Below the pieces are notes generated by a model. It was not told where the DNA came from and did no database searches. It worked only from the letters and a program-made list of their open reading frames with translations. A stretch of DNA of 20,000 nucleotides, taken from assembly GCA_900617105.1 (NCBI GenBank), contig UYFQ01000652.1, positions 50,905 to 70,904 on the forward strand, given 5' to 3'. The first letter of the stretch is position 1. Each line of letters begins with the position of its first letter. A program made the translations under genes and the position numbers. This document shows, in pieces, positions 18,401 through 20,000 of this stretch. This stretch comes from Hydrurus foetidus. Its lineage: Eukaryota.

Positions 18401-20000
18401 GACAAAACACCACGTTGGCCAACAACACCTCCATCAACGCAACCCACAGTGGTCTACCGCCCGCAGCCGCATATGATGGTACGTTACCTCATGTCACGGT
18501 GGTGGAGTCATTGGTAGTGGCGATACATGCTGCTAGCACATGTAACCCTACCGATACACCACCACCTTTATGTATACTCAACTCTGATATACTTGTAACT
18601 AATACATTGGAGGTCTCAACCCCCTCCAATACAGTATCGGATAACACTAACAATGTTCTTCCCACATGTCTTCACGTGTTACAGCCACCCCATACCTCCC
18701 TGCCTCTAATCTCGGAGGTGCTGGCGGCATGCCATAACCAGACCGACATGTCGGAAATACCGCTCATAGGTACGTTACCGTCTGACTCACTTGTAGCAGC
18801 GGTACACTCAACAAATCCTAATGAACTTCTTTCATTATTGGTGTTCAAGGATGAACGAAGAACCTTGCAGGGACACGCCCCCACCACAGCCGCGTCAGCA
18901 CCCCAGTCCACGGGACTTAGTCTTACAGCGCACGCGCTCCTAGACACGGGTAGCATGGCCGGCGATTTTGTTTCCAAATCACTGCTTGTCTCACTTGATG
19001 CACTTGCTCATTGTTATGTGTCTTCAACCGCACTTAACGTTTGTAGCGGTCTTGATGGCACTTGTTATAGGTGTAATACCTTAGTCGATTTAGGCCTTAC
19101 TTTTTCGATGATAGTAATATTAAGCACACTATCTATATCACTTTTAGTGTTAATCCTTTTGCACAATTGGATCTGATCATCGGACGCAAGTCCCTGAATC
19201 AACACAACTTGTTTGTGCTGACGCCGAAACGTATGGGCTTTGACCCTACGTTAATCGAAACGTCACCCAGCCCAGATGACATCGGTCTACTTCCCTTAAG
19301 GGCAGAGTCCGACATCGGTACAGATTCACATACCGACGTCTGTTGTCATCATAGTGACGCTGTCGGATCGCGTAGTCCTTGTACACAGTGTCGCCTAATT
19401 ACCGACACTGCTGACAATGGAGACGAAGGTCACTCGAGCACCCACCGTATTCCAACAGTGGGAGAAGAGTGGGGTCCATCTGCGCTATGGACGGGCAGTG
19501 GTCTTAACCGCCCCCCTTCTGAGACCGGGACGAGAGTGAACACAGTAACACTTAACGCCGCGAGCGTGTTGCCGTGCGGAATCAATCTCAATGGAGATGA
19601 GATTGATGATGACAAAACGGATGCGTTCGGTCCGTTTCTTTCTGCATTGATGAAAGACCCTACCCCAACAGGTAGGGCGAACGACGTCATCTCGACAATC
19701 ACCTTTGGTGGGTCGGAAGCTCTGCAAACAGCATGCAGAGCATTATGTACCGAATTTATTGACATCTTTCAAGATGAGGTGGCCCGTGAACCGGCCCGTA
19801 TACCTCCTTTTGATATTGATCATAAGGCGGCACAATGGGAAGTACCTGGTAACAGGACCCCGCTCCGCCCACAATCCTCACAGAAGGAAGAGGCGATTCA
19901 CAATAACCTTCAGGATCTGATACGGATCGGGGTGGTTGAAAAGTCTAATGCGGTGTACTACAGTCACCCTGTAGTAGTACAGAAGTCACCCGACAATACC
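15424..20000 (+). pseudogene. pol: Gag-Pol copy 2 (Gag, CCHC, protease, start of RT) with six apparent frameshifts
   Basis: Shifts at about 16469 (+2), 16623-16626 (-1), 17557 (-2), 17769-17772 (-1), 18091 (-1) and 19101-19105 (-1). The repaired frame gives CNSCGHMDHSAENC (18065-18105), ALLDTGSMAGDFV (D 18943-18945) and DLIIGR. An open frame 19107-20000 ends EFIDIF...DLIRIGVVEKSNAVYYSHPVVVQKSPDNT, a gypsy RT N-terminus that the ORF track omits because it has no stop. Confidence 0.88.

Larger units (their letters stand above)
12144..20000 (+). mobile_element. Ty3/gypsy LTR retrotransposon, 5' portion, with an internal tandem duplication; continues beyond the window
   Basis: TG...CA LTR-like segment, PBS, gag, CCHC knuckle, protease, then directly the RT N-terminus. 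PR followed by RT is the gypsy order. Confidence 0.9.

Noticed and set aside
17760..19110. Programmed -1 gag-pol frameshift in the gypsy element
   Set aside because: The shifts fall inside Gag, the zinc knuckle and the protease, and no X XXY YYZ slippery site is evident.

Overview
Eukaryotic, transposon-dense window with no recognisable intact host gene. From left to right: (1) the 3' part of a Ty1/copia LTR retrotransposon on + (zinc knuckle, PR, IN, RT, RNase H; one +1 shift in a G run; 3' LTR about 4090-4408); (2) a short fold-back and decayed coding remnants; (3) a spliced, disrupted pogo-type (DDE_1) transposase on -, with a (GAAAAT)27 microsatellite in an intron; (4) a palindromic GAACGAA/TTCGTTC repeat field; (5) a spliced hAT-like transposase with a BED finger on +, frameshifted by a 14-bp duplication and cut at about 12143; (6) a Ty3/gypsy element from about 12144 to the window end. 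The gypsy element is the most unusual part. Its putative 5' LTR holds a tandem array of hairpins whose stems are conserved between repeat units. Its Gag starts with a long R/D/N/Q/Y low-complexity region. The LTR end, PBS and 5' gag are duplicated head-to-tail (period 2337 bp) as two diverged copies, and the breakpoint lies in a hairpin arm. All calls come from manual reading and motif recognition; no searches or folding were run.
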